From Actinomycetota bacterium (GTDB lineage: Bacteria; Actinomycetota; Humimicrobiia; Humimicrobiales; Humimicrobiaceae), in the NCBI GenBank assembly GCA_026392215.1, contig JAPLCN010000121.1:1-57171 (forward strand): a stretch of 57,171 bases of DNA, given 5' to 3'. The notes beneath the pieces were generated by a model. That model worked only from the letters and a program-made list of their open reading frames with translations. It was not told the DNA's origin and did no database searches. This document shows, in pieces, positions 47,207-56,241 of the stretch. The position numbers and the translations under genes were made by a program. Each line of letters opens with the position of its first letter. Within the stretch, counting starts at the first letter, position 1.

Positions 47207-47255
47207 ATCAAAACACTTTGAATTTTTTAAAAATTAATAAAAAGGTAAGGATAAA

Positions 47256-48761
47256 ATGTATTACCCGACAAAAAAGGAATATTTGGAGAAATCTGAAGAC
47301 TATAACTTAATACCTGTTTACAAGGAGTATATAGTAGATACTGAAACTCCAACTTCCATCTTTATAAAAGCTGGTGGATTAAATAAAGAAATGTTTCTGC
47401 TGGAAAGCATTGAAGGTGAAAAAAATATTTCCCGCTATTCTATTATTGGAATCAGCTATAATGCAGTCTTTAAATTTGAAAATGAGATTCTAACTTTTAA
47501 AGATAGTGAAAGTGATAAAGTTGAAATAAAAACCACCGACCCCTTAATTGAACTGGAAAAAATGATGAAAGGTTACCGCTTATATAAAAATCCAAATTTA
47601 AATCATTTTACAGGTGGTGCTGTAGGTTATCTTGGATATGATCTGGTCCATTATTTTGAGAATATACCTCTTCCGGAATCTGAAATGTTTTTTCCTGAAA
47701 TTATGCTTTATCTTACTGACTTGATAATAGTTTTTGATCATTTGTTAAATAGAATGAAGATTATTTCTACAGTAAAAATCGGGGAAAAAATAAGTGCTGA
47801 AGATGATTACCTTAAGTCCATAGAGAGCATTGAACATGTAGAAAGAATGATATTTAAGGAAAATGAGTTTAAAGCTATTAATAATAAAATTTTTTTAAAA
47901 TCAGATTTTAATAACCCAGGTAAAATTAATTTTAATTCAAATCTAAGTAAAGATGAGTTTTTAAAAGCTGTCCTGAAAGCAAAAAAATATATAGTTGACG
48001 GTGAGATTTTTCAAGTAGTTTTGTCTCAAAGATTTTCTACAAATGAATTTTCAGAGCCGTTTGATATATATAGAGCGCTAAGAACCATTAACCCATCACC
48101 GTATATGTATTATATAAATTTTGGAAATTTTAAGGTTATAGGTTCTTCTCCTGAACCATTATTAAAAATAAATGGTAAAAAAGTATTAACTTATCCAATT
48201 GCGGGCACAAGAAAAAGAGGGAGAACTCCAAAGGAAGACAAAATCTTAATTAACGAGCTGCTAAATGATGAAAAAGAAAAGGCTGAGCATAATATGCTTG
48301 TTGATCTTTCCCGAAATGACTTGGGAAGAGTTTGCAAGTACGGCAGCGTAAAGGTGAAAAAATATATGAATATTGAAAAATATTCTAATGTTCTCCATTT
48401 AGTCTCAAGAGTTGAAGGGATTCTTGATAAGAATAAAACAATTTATGATGCGATCAAGAGTGTTTTTCCTGCAGGAACTTTATCAGGAGCACCAAAAATA
48501 AGGGCAATGCAAATTATCAGTGAACTGGAACCTGACAGAAGAAATCTTTACGGAGGTATGATAGGTTATTTTGGCTATGATGGCAGCTTAAATACATGCA
48601 TAACAATTAGGACAGCAGTTATATGTGGTAAAACTGCTTATATACAAGCTGGGGCAGGTATTGTTTATGACTCAATACCCGAAAACGAATGGGAAGAAAC
48701 AATAAATAAAGCAAGTGCTCTTTTTAATTCAGTCAATGCAGTCCGCCAGGCAAAAAATTAA
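47256..48761 (+). CDS. trpE: Anthranilate synthase component I
   Basis: 501 aa. LLESIEGEKNISRYSIIG, FQVVLSQRF, NPSPYMYY, GTLSGAPK and GAGIVYDS motifs. Confidence 0.95.
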   Translation: MYYPTKKEYLEKSEDYNLIPVYKEYIVDTETPTSIFIKAGGLNKEMFLLESIEGEKNISRYSIIGISYNAVFKFENEILTFKDSESDKVEIKTTDPLIELEKMMKGYRLYKNPNLNHFTGGAVGYLGYDLVHYFENIPLPESEMFFPEIMLYLTDLIIVFDHLLNRMKIISTVKIGEKISAEDDYLKSIESIEHVERMIFKENEFKAINNKIFLKSDFNNPGKINFNSNLSKDEFLKAVLKAKKYIVDGEIFQVVLSQRFSTNEFSEPFDIYRALRTINPSPYMYYINFGNFKVIGSSPEPLLKINGKKVLTYPIAGTRKRGRTPKEDKILINELLNDEKEKAEHNMLVDLSRNDLGRVCKYGSVKVKKYMNIEKYSNVLHLVSRVEGILDKNKTIYDAIKSVFPAGTLSGAPKIRAMQIISELEPDRRNLYGGMIGYFGYDGSLNTCITIRTAVICGKTAYIQAGAGIVYDSIPENEWEETINKASALFNSVNAVRQAKN

Positions 48762-48801
48762 ACCATAACAGAAATAATGAATTTTAATAAGGAGAAGCAA
48801 A

Positions 48802-49818
48802 ATGTTAATTGAGATTATTGAAAAAATAATAAGATATGAAAACTTAAATATGGAAGAGGCTTATAGCGTGATGGAATACATAATGGATGGCAAATCAAAT
48901 GAAAGCCAGGTAGCATCATTTCTTACTGCGCTGCAAATGAAAGGCGTAAATATTGATGAAATAAGCGGTTTTTCCAAAGCAATGCTGGCAAAAGCAATAA
49001 AAGTAAAAAGCAAATATGAAGATGTTGTAGATACCTGCGGCACTGGTGGCGATAAAAAAAATACATTTAATATTTCGACAACCGCAGCATTCATAGCAGC
49101 AGGAGCTGGTGTAATTGTAGCAAAACATGGCAACAGGTGTGTTTCCAGTAAAAGCGGCAGCGCTGATGTTCTTGAAGAGTTGGGTGTAAATTTGGATATT
49201 GAAATCAGTGATGTAGAAAGCTGTATTGATAATATTGGTATTGGATTTATTTTTGCACCAAAGGCTCACATTGCAATGAAAAATGTAGCAAAGGTTAGAA
49301 AAGATTTAGGGATTAAAACAGTTTTTAATATACTTGGGCCAATTACCAATCCTGCAATGGCTAATGGGAGAGTTCTGGGTGTTTTTGATGAAAAGTTAAT
49401 GGATTTAATGATTTATTCACTTAAAAATATTGGAGTAAAAAGAGCATTTGTTGTATATGGTCTTGAGACCTTAGATGAGCTTTCGGTATCAGGGAATAGT
49501 ATGGTTGCTGAATTAAATAATGGCAGGATAACTAAATATATTCTCAGCCCTGAAGAATTAGGATTTAAGAAGTATGAAGTCAGTGAATTAAAAGGTGGAG
49601 ATCCAAAAGAAAATGCCAGGATTTTAATAGATATTTTAACAGGTAAAGATAAAGGTGCTAAAAGAGAATCATCTATTTTAAACGCAGCTGCTGCAATTGT
49701 TGCGGGAGGGAAAGCCGATAATTTAAATGATGGTGTAAAACTTGCAATAGATTCAATTGAAAGCGGGAAAGCGTTAAATAAATTAAACCAGTTAATAGAA
49801 TATACCAATAAATTTTAA
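48802..49818 (+). CDS. trpD: Anthranilate phosphoribosyltransferase
   Basis: 338 aa. VDTCGTGGDKKNTFNISTTAAF, KHGNRCVSSKSGSADVLE and FNILGPITNPA. Confidence 0.95.
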   Translation: MLIEIIEKIIRYENLNMEEAYSVMEYIMDGKSNESQVASFLTALQMKGVNIDEISGFSKAMLAKAIKVKSKYEDVVDTCGTGGDKKNTFNISTTAAFIAAGAGVIVAKHGNRCVSSKSGSADVLEELGVNLDIEISDVESCIDNIGIGFIFAPKAHIAMKNVAKVRKDLGIKTVFNILGPITNPAMANGRVLGVFDEKLMDLMIYSLKNIGVKRAFVVYGLETLDELSVSGNSMVAELNNGRITKYILSPEELGFKKYEVSELKGGDPKENARILIDILTGKDKGAKRESSILNAAAAIVAGGKADNLNDGVKLAIDSIESGKALNKLNQLIEYTNKF

Positions 49819-49851
49819 TTATTAAATATTGGACAATGTAAAAGGTACGGC

Positions 49852-50667
49852 ATGGATTACTTAAAAAATATATTAGCAGGTAAAAAAAATGAGATAAAAG
49901 AGCTTAGTAAAAGCTATGGAGTGAGTACAACAATGCTTCATATTGAAAAGCAAAAAAAGAATTCGGATTTTATAAATAACATTAAGAAAAATAAAGTAAA
50001 TATAATTGCTGAAATTAAAAAAGCATCTCCATCTAAAGGTATATTTAATGATAACTTAAATGTTGGTGAGGTTGCATCGCTTTATAATAAGCATAAAAGT
50101 TTTATTTGTGGTATTTCAGTAATCACTGAACCCATTTATTTTAAAGGCGATACAGGATTTATTAAAAAAGTTAAGAGGTTTTCAGATATTCCAATTTTAA
50201 GAAAAGATTTTATTTTTCATGAAAACCAAATTTATGAAAGCCTTGAACTGGGAGTCAGCTGTATTTTACTTATAAGCTCAATATTGGGTGTAAAAAAATT
50301 AAAAACCCTGTATGAAAAATCAAAAGAAATTGGACTTGATGTGCTGGTTGAAGTTCATAGTAAAGATGAATTTGACAGAGCATTTGATTGCGGTGCAAGT
50401 TTAATTGGAATAAACAACAGAAATCTTAAAAGTATGGAAATAAATTTAAACACTGTAATTGAAATATATAGATATGCTTGTAAAAAAAATATTAAAAATA
50501 AAATAATAGTATGTGAAAGTGGTGTAGAAGATATTAAGTTTATAAAAGAAATGTATTCAGAAGGAATTTACACTTTTTTAATAGGCAGTTATTTTATGAA
50601 AAGCAGCAACCTTGGAAAAACTTTGGATGATTTTGAAATAAGTTTAAAAAAAGAAAATTTAATTTAG
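49852..50667 (+). CDS. trpC: Indole-3-glycerol phosphate synthase
   Basis: 271 aa. IAEIKKASPSKG, ILRKDFI, LVEVHS, IGINNRNL and ESG motifs. Confidence 0.9.
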   Translation: MDYLKNILAGKKNEIKELSKSYGVSTTMLHIEKQKKNSDFINNIKKNKVNIIAEIKKASPSKGIFNDNLNVGEVASLYNKHKSFICGISVITEPIYFKGDTGFIKKVKRFSDIPILRKDFIFHENQIYESLELGVSCILLISSILGVKKLKTLYEKSKEIGLDVLVEVHSKDEFDRAFDCGASLIGINNRNLKSMEINLNTVIEIYRYACKKNIKNKIIVCESGVEDIKFIKEMYSEGIYTFLIGSYFMKSSNLGKTLDDFEISLKKENLI

Positions 50668-50752
50668 TTTTTAAGGATTTTTTAAGAGATATTTAAAATT
50701 TCTTTGTTTAAAAAATTTAAGATAAAAATATTAAAGACAAAATGGTATAAAA

Positions 50753-51055
50753 ATGGTTTGGGTTAAAATATGCGGCATAACAAATATTGAAGATGCTGAC
50801 AGGATTTCCAATTTGAATAGTGATGCGATTGGATTTATTTTTTCGTCTGCCAGCTTAAGAAAAATAGATTACCTAAAAGCAAAAAAAATAATTAGTTTTT
50901 TAAAAAACAAGTATGAAATAAGTTTAAATAAATTAGATGCTAATTTTACTGAGAAGGGGAAAATACCATTATTTGTTGGTGTATTTGTAAATGAGGCCAT
51001 TGACAGTGTAGTTGAAAAGGTTATTTCACTTGATCTTGACTTGAAAAAGAAATAA
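50753..51055 (+). CDS. trpF: Phosphoribosylanthranilate isomerase, N-terminal part of a split or frameshifted gene
   Basis: VKICGITNIEDA (catalytic Cys), AIGFIF and VGVFVNE. It ends LDLDLKKK-stop exactly where the canonical QLHG strand is expected. The stop overlaps the next ATG (TAATG). Confidence 0.75.
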   Translation: MVWVKICGITNIEDADRISNLNSDAIGFIFSSASLRKIDYLKAKKIISFLKNKYEISLNKLDANFTEKGKIPLFVGVFVNEAIDSVVEKVISLDLDLKKK

Positions 51056-51489
51056 TGTTATTTAGCAGCAAGAGTAGTTCTGTTAACAAAAAAAATAACC
51101 TGGTAAATAAAGTTAAAAAAGTTAATTTAATCAAGGCGTTAAGAGTAAATGACAATATTAAAACTGTAAATGAAGAAGTATTTCAAAAAATTTCAGAAAT
51201 TAGCGTTTTAGCTGATTATTTTTTACTTGATAAATGCAGGGATAAAATGTATGGAGGAACTGGTGAAACCTTTAACTGGAGTGCATTGGAAAATTTTGGC
51301 AGGTATTTCCAAATTATACTTTCGGGTGGTTTGTGTCCGGAAAATGTAGCAGAAGCCATAAGAATTGTTAGACCATTTGGAGTTGATGCTTCTTCTAAAT
51401 TAGAAATTATACCAGGCAAAAAAGATATTGAAAAAGTAAGCGCTTTTATTAAAAATGCGAAATCCTGGCAATCTGGTTACTGTTTTTAG
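51055..51489 (+). CDS. trpF: Phosphoribosylanthranilate isomerase, C-terminal part of a split or frameshifted gene
   Basis: A K/N/S-rich 30-aa head, then IKALRV, ADYFLLD (catalytic Asp), YGGTGETFNW, ILSGGLCPENVAEAI and PFGVDASS. Its reading frame is -1 relative to the N-terminal part and is open from 51040. Confidence 0.75.
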   Translation: MLFSSKSSSVNKKNNLVNKVKKVNLIKALRVNDNIKTVNEEVFQKISEISVLADYFLLDKCRDKMYGGTGETFNWSALENFGRYFQIILSGGLCPENVAEAIRIVRPFGVDASSKLEIIPGKKDIEKVSAFIKNAKSWQSGYCF

Positions 51490-51552
51490 TTCGATTATTT
51501 TAATTTTTATTTGAGATACAAGTTATTAAAAAATTAAGGGAAGAAGGGAATT

Positions 51553-52809
51553 ATGGATGATAAAAAAGGGAGAGCTATTATAAATAAAACCATTAAGGCT
51601 AAAAAAGAAAATAAAAAAATAAAATTCTTAAAAGGTTATTTTGGGGATTATGGTGGAAGATTTGTACCTGAAATATTAATTGATGCTTTAGAAGAACTTG
51701 AGAAAAAATACAAGTTAGCAAAAAGAGACAAACAGTTTCATGAAGAGCTTAATTACTATTTAAAGAATTATGCAGGAAGACCAACCCCGCTTTATTTTGC
51801 GAAAAGACTAACCGATTACATTGGAGGAGCTAAAATTTATTTAAAAAGAGAAGACCTCTGTCATCTTGGAGCTCATAAAATAAATAATACGCTTGGCCAG
51901 GTTTTGCTTGCAAAAAAAATGAACAAGCAGAATATTATTGCAGAAACAGGTGCAGGGCAGCATGGAGTATCAACAGCAGCAGTTGCTGCATTATTTAATA
52001 TGAAATGTAAAATATTTATGGGTAGTGTTGATATTGAAAGACAGCATCCCAATGTTGAAAGAATGAAGCTTTTAGGTGCTGAAGTTGTTGAAGTAAAGTC
52101 AGGAAGCAGGACATTAAAAGATGCAGTAAATGAAGCAATAAGGTATTGGGTATCTAATATTGATGACACTTATTATGTCTTAGGTTCAGTTGTAGGACCT
52201 CATCCTTATCCGACAATTGTCAGAGATTTTCAGTCAGTAATTGGAATAGAAACAAAAAGGCAGATAAAAAGATTTGAAGGGAGATTACCGGACTATATTA
52301 TTGCCTGTGTTGGGGGTGGAAGCAACTCAATGGGGATTTTTTATCCATTTTTAAGAGAAACAGACAAAGTAAAATTAATAGGGATAGAAGCTGGTGGGAA
52401 AGGAATAGAAAGCGGGTTGCATGGCGCTTCTCTTACATCAGGCGAAAAAGGAATTTTTCAGGGTACTCTTAGCAATGTGCTGCAGGACAGTTTTGGTCAA
52501 ATTAAAGAAGCATATTCCATATCAGCAGGGCTTGACTATCCGGGGGTAGGACCTGAACATGCTTATTTAAAAGAAAAGGGAAAAGTAAAATACGATTATA
52601 TTCTTGATCATGAAGCTGTTAATGCCTTTAAAACTTTATCAGAGCTGGAAGGAATTATCCCGGCGCTTGAAAGTTCTCATGCCGTAGCGTATGCAATGAA
52701 GATTGCCTCAAATTTAGAAAAGGATAAGATAATAATTGTAAATTTATCCGGCAGGGGAGATAAAGACATGGAATCAGTAAGCAAGTTTTTTACAAACCAA
52801 TTAATTTAA
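51553..52809 (+). CDS. trpB: Tryptophan synthase beta chain
   Basis: 418 aa. [30 protein letters not shown] (PLP Lys), GAGQHGV and GGGSN. It has a K-rich extension of about 25 aa before the canonical start of homology. Confidence 0.95.
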   Translation: MDDKKGRAIINKTIKAKKENKKIKFLKGYFGDYGGRFVPEILIDALEELEKKYKLAKRDKQFHEELNYYLKNYAGRPTPLYFAKRLTDYIGGAKIYLKREDLCHLGAHKINNTLGQVLLAKKMNKQNIIAETGAGQHGVSTAAVAALFNMKCKIFMGSVDIERQHPNVERMKLLGAEVVEVKSGSRTLKDAVNEAIRYWVSNIDDTYYVLGSVVGPHPYPTIVRDFQSVIGIETKRQIKRFEGRLPDYIIACVGGGSNSMGIFYPFLRETDKVKLIGIEAGGKGIESGLHGASLTSGEKGIFQGTLSNVLQDSFGQIKEAYSISAGLDYPGVGPEHAYLKEKGKVKYDYILDHEAVNAFKTLSELEGIIPALESSHAVAYAMKIASNLEKDKIIIVNLSGRGDKDMESVSKFFTNQLI

Positions 52810-52838
52810 AAATTTTTAGCAGAGACCAGGGAGAAAAA

Positions 52839-53708
52839 ATGGTTAAAGATATGTTTAATCAGGTTATAAATAAAACTAATTCAAATAAAAGCAATAAAAA
52901 TATTGGTAGTAAAAGCAAAATAGAAAAAATTTTTGAATATTTAGAAAATAAAAATCAAAAAGGATTTATTCCTTTTGTTACATGCGGATATCCCAATATC
53001 AATGATTATATTAAATTAGTAAGTGTTTTGGAAAAAAATGGTGCTGATATCATTGAAATTGGCATCCCTTTTTCTGACCCGCTTGCCGATGGCCCGGTTA
53101 TTCAATCTACTTCAAAAATAGCACTGGATAACGGGATAAATACAGATATTGTTTTTAACTCAATTAAAGAAATTAGAGAAAAAAGCAGCATACCCATTGT
53201 CTTACTTACTTATTTCAATACAGTGTATAGATACGGAATTGATAATTTTTTGAACAATGCATCAAGTGTCGGAGTAGATGGTCTTATTATACCGGATTTG
53301 CCTTTGGAGGAATTTTATAACTATAAAAATTATTTTGAAAATAGCCCCTTAGATAATATATTGCTTGCTTCACTTAAATCAAGCCAGGAAAGACTTAAAA
53401 AAATAAGCAGCCTGACCAAGGGATTTTTGTATTGTGTTTCAGTCAAAGGAGTAACCGGAGTTAGAAACAATATTGACAGTGAGGTCATTGAATTTTTAAA
53501 AAGATTGAAGAAAATAACTCAAATCCCCCTGGCTTTAGGATTTGGCATTTCAACAATTGAGCAGATTAATGAAGTAAAAAAACATTGTGACGCTATAATA
53601 ATGGGGAGCAAGATATTATCAGTTCTGCTAAATGCAAATGATTTCAATGAGGGTCTGGAAAGTGTTTCAAAACTGGTTTATGAGGTAAACTTGGTTTTAA
53701 AGAGTTAA
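52839..53708 (+). CDS. trpA: Tryptophan synthase alpha chain
   Basis: 289 aa. FIPFVTCGYP, IIEIGIPFSDPLADGPVIQ, DGLIIPDLP and GFGIS. It has a K/N-rich N-terminal extension. Confidence 0.9.
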   Translation: MVKDMFNQVINKTNSNKSNKNIGSKSKIEKIFEYLENKNQKGFIPFVTCGYPNINDYIKLVSVLEKNGADIIEIGIPFSDPLADGPVIQSTSKIALDNGINTDIVFNSIKEIREKSSIPIVLLTYFNTVYRYGIDNFLNNASSVGVDGLIIPDLPLEEFYNYKNYFENSPLDNILLASLKSSQERLKKISSLTKGFLYCVSVKGVTGVRNNIDSEVIEFLKRLKKITQIPLALGFGISTIEQINEVKKHCDAIIMGSKILSVLLNANDFNEGLESVSKLVYEVNLVLKS

Positions 53709-53771
53709 GCATCCGCTATAAATAAATATTTATTGTTACTTAAAAAATATGAAAAAAATATTTAAAATTTA

Positions 53772-54377
53772 ATGGAAAATTTAAAGATGAAAAAGCAGAC
53801 AGCAAGACAATTAGACGTTTTAATAATTGATAATTATGATTCTTTTACTTTTAATTTAGCCCAATGTATTGGAAATTTTGGTAAAAATATAAAAGTGTTT
53901 AGAAATGATAAGATAAGCCTTGCGGGTATTGAAGATCTTTCTCCATTAAGGATTGTAATTTCTCCGGGTCCTGGAAGACCTAAAGATGCAGGTATTTCAA
54001 ATGATGTTATCAGATATTTTTGCGAGAAGATCCCCATTTTAGGGGTATGCTTGGGGCATCAGTGTATCGGTGAGGTTTTCGGAGGCAGGATAATAAATTC
54101 CGGTAAGATTATTCATGGTAAAACTTCTTTGATTTACCATGATGGCAAAACTATATTTAAAAACATTACAAACCCTTTTAAAGCGGCAAGATATCATTCA
54201 CTGATAATAGAAAGAAAATCAATTCCATCATCTTTTGAAATCACAGCCAATACAGACGATGGAATTGTAATGGGGATAAGACATAAGAATTATAATATTG
54301 AAGGAGTTCAGTTTCATCCTGAATCTTTTCTAACACCATCAGGAGAAAAAATTCTTGAAAATTTTATAAACTTTTAA
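53772..54377 (+). CDS. trpG: Anthranilate synthase component II (glutamine amidotransferase; TrpG/PabA)
   Basis: 201 aa. LIIDNYDSFT, ISPGPG, GVCLGHQ (catalytic Cys) and GVQFHPES. Unusually, it is placed after trpA. Confidence 0.9.
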   Translation: MENLKMKKQTARQLDVLIIDNYDSFTFNLAQCIGNFGKNIKVFRNDKISLAGIEDLSPLRIVISPGPGRPKDAGISNDVIRYFCEKIPILGVCLGHQCIGEVFGGRIINSGKIIHGKTSLIYHDGKTIFKNITNPFKAARYHSLIIERKSIPSSFEITANTDDGIVMGIRHKNYNIEGVQFHPESFLTPSGEKILENFINF

Positions 54378-54485
54378 GAGATTTTTTATCAGCAAGATTT
54401 ATAGATCTTTTGGGTTGGTAAAAAGAGAGTTAAAAAAATTACTTAAAAGTGGTACTATTATACGAGCAATAGTGATGAATGAACT

Positions 54486-54644
54486 ATGCCGTTAAATATA
54501 TACAGGTTTTTCAGTTATTTCAGAACTGACTGGAACTATATTTTTGGAAGTGTTTTTCTAACTACTCTTCCTGTTCTGCTATTGTACATCTTTGGCCAGA
54601 AATATATAATTGAGGGCATGACCAGCGGCGCTGTAAAAGGCTAA
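54486..54644 (+). pseudogene. Remnant: C-terminal 52 codons of a CUT1 (MalG-like) ABC permease
   Basis: It translates to MPLNIYRFFSYFRTDWNYIFGSVFLTTLPVLLLYIFGQKYIIEGMTSGAVKG-stop, the characteristic last TM helix plus the Q(K/R)xF(I/V)xGxxxGAVKG tail. Compare 37662-38519, which ends FGQKYFVQGLVSGSLKE. A TGA lies two codons (6 nt) upstream in frame. It is too short for the ORF track. Confidence 0.6.
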
Positions 54645-54671
54645 TATCAAATTGGAGAGGGGAGCATCCTG

Positions 54672-55469
54672 ATGCGTACAGTAAAATTTGAACAACTTCG
54701 CCCTAAAGAAATTTGCGATGAAAAAGAAAGATTTTCTGTAGTTTATTTGCCTATTGGTCCTTTAGAGTGGCATGGACCACATCTTCCAGTTGGCATGGAT
54801 CCATTAAATGCGGAAGCAGTAAGCAGACTTGTAGCAGAGAATATAGGAGGCGTTGTGCTACCAACATTTTATTGGGGTACAGAGAGGGAACGAGAACCAG
54901 AGATGTATAAAAGTATTGGCTTTAAAGAGGATGAATGGATTATTGGGATGGATTTCCCAGCCAATATTATGCCAAGTTTTTATGCTTCAGAGGATACATT
55001 TGGGATTGCTGTCAGGGAATATTTAAATTTATTGGTTAAACAGAAATATAAATTAATAGTTATAGTGAACGGGCATGGTGCAGAAAACCATATTAGCGTA
55101 TTAAATAGGCTGGCAAAAGAGTTTACTGCTGAAACTGAAAGTACAGTACTTTATGTAATGGCTATAATAAATGATGAAAATGTTGAAAAGGATTTTGGAC
55201 ATGCAACAAAACTCGAGACATCTATTCTTAAATATCTCTACCCTGAATCCCTTGATTTAAGTCTGCTTCCGCCAAGGGATGAGAAGTTATATAACCTGGA
55301 TTATGCAGTTGTAGATGGTGAAACCTTTGGTGGTAATCCTACAAGTGACTTTTCTGTAAGGCATGATCCTAGAGACGCAACAATTGAAATTGGAAGAAAC
55401 AGTATTGGAAGAGCAGTGAAAGTAATTTCAGAAATGGTAATTGATAAATGGCAAGAAATTAATAAATAG
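54672..55469 (+). CDS. Creatininase-family amidohydrolase
   Basis: 265 aa, with SD GGAGAGGGGAG. YLPIGPLEWHGPHLPVGMD, NGHG and GHATKLETS are creatinine amidohydrolase family metal and active-site motifs. Confidence 0.8.
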   Translation: MRTVKFEQLRPKEICDEKERFSVVYLPIGPLEWHGPHLPVGMDPLNAEAVSRLVAENIGGVVLPTFYWGTEREREPEMYKSIGFKEDEWIIGMDFPANIMPSFYASEDTFGIAVREYLNLLVKQKYKLIVIVNGHGAENHISVLNRLAKEFTAETESTVLYVMAIINDENVEKDFGHATKLETSILKYLYPESLDLSLLPPRDEKLYNLDYAVVDGETFGGNPTSDFSVRHDPRDATIEIGRNSIGRAVKVISEMVIDKWQEINK

Positions 55470-55475
55470 ATAAAG

Positions 55476-55514
55476 AGGATATTTCCAAAGTCTAAGTAGC
55501 CTTGGAAATATCCT
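55476..55514 (+). terminator. Hairpin immediately after the creatininase-family gene
   Basis: Perfect 13-bp stem: AGGATATTTCCAA (55476-55488) pairs with TTGGAAATATCCT (55502-55514). The downstream tract is short (TTT). Confidence 0.5.
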
Positions 55515-55726
55515 TTACTGGTATGCTATGCAGAACGCTCCCATTTTTAAATAAGAGATGAATGCAAAAAGGAACATAAGTGAAATAGTGATTCAGACAT
55601 AGAGAAATATAACTAAAATTTTAGTTCAAATTTATCTTCCCTTTTAAATTTTTACCATAAATTCAGAAAAGTTGTAAGTTTTACTTAAAATTGGATAAAT
55701 AATATATATAATTAATCCATATAATT

Positions 55727-56046
55727 ATGAATAATGAAGATCTAAAACCTGATGAAATAAAAAAAATTATCTTTGATCTATCAGAAAGGCGCTCAAAGCT
55801 GCAGCATAAGCTTCTTTCACCTGATGCTATGACTCAAGGCTGCATTCATATAATATACAAGAAATGCGGCAAAGAAAGCTGCCACTGCAAAGACGGCATT
55901 ACAAAAAATATAATAAAAGACTTGCAAACTTAAGAAAAATAAATGAAGAAATATTTTCATATCTAAGGTATTTAAGGGGTATAAATACAACTGTGTATGA
56001 AAAACAATATGGGCATTTGCAGTACGGCGTAGTGATCTGCTCATGA
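55727..56046 (+). pseudogene. Degraded DUF6788-like gene (frameshifted or internally deleted)
   Basis: ORF 55727-55933 reads ...ERRSKLQHKLLSPDAMTQGCIHIIYKKCGKESCHCKDG, matching the remembered DUF6788 pattern (coiled N-terminus, GS..Y.KCGK..C.C..G). It then stops. A second frame (55864-56046) continues with KRLANLRKINEEIF. The conserved HGPY segment is missing. Confidence 0.35.
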
Positions 56047-56241
56047 GCGTCTGCTATCCCCACCCACATTCCATAGCAGGATAAAAGCATTTTAGATTTT
56101 CTGGCCTTTAGATAAATCTCTATGCCTATTTTTCTTACCTTATATTAAATTTAAAAAAATAATATTGGAAAGTTTTTAAAAAAATAGTAAAATAATTATT
56201 ATTTAAACCGCTTTAATAATCACGTTATTTTCTAATTAAAA

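Noticed and set aside
46691-47255. A T-box riboswitch or TRAP (G/U)AG-repeat attenuator in the trp leader
   Set aside because: I found no T-box consensus sequence, no specifier-loop context, and no series of regularly spaced GAG/TAG triplets. The regulatory class is left open. See the findings.
54391-54410. A terminator hairpin right after trpG (AAGAT-ttata-gATCTT)
   Set aside because: The stem is only 5-6 bp with a poor U-tract. It is too weak to call as a feature.
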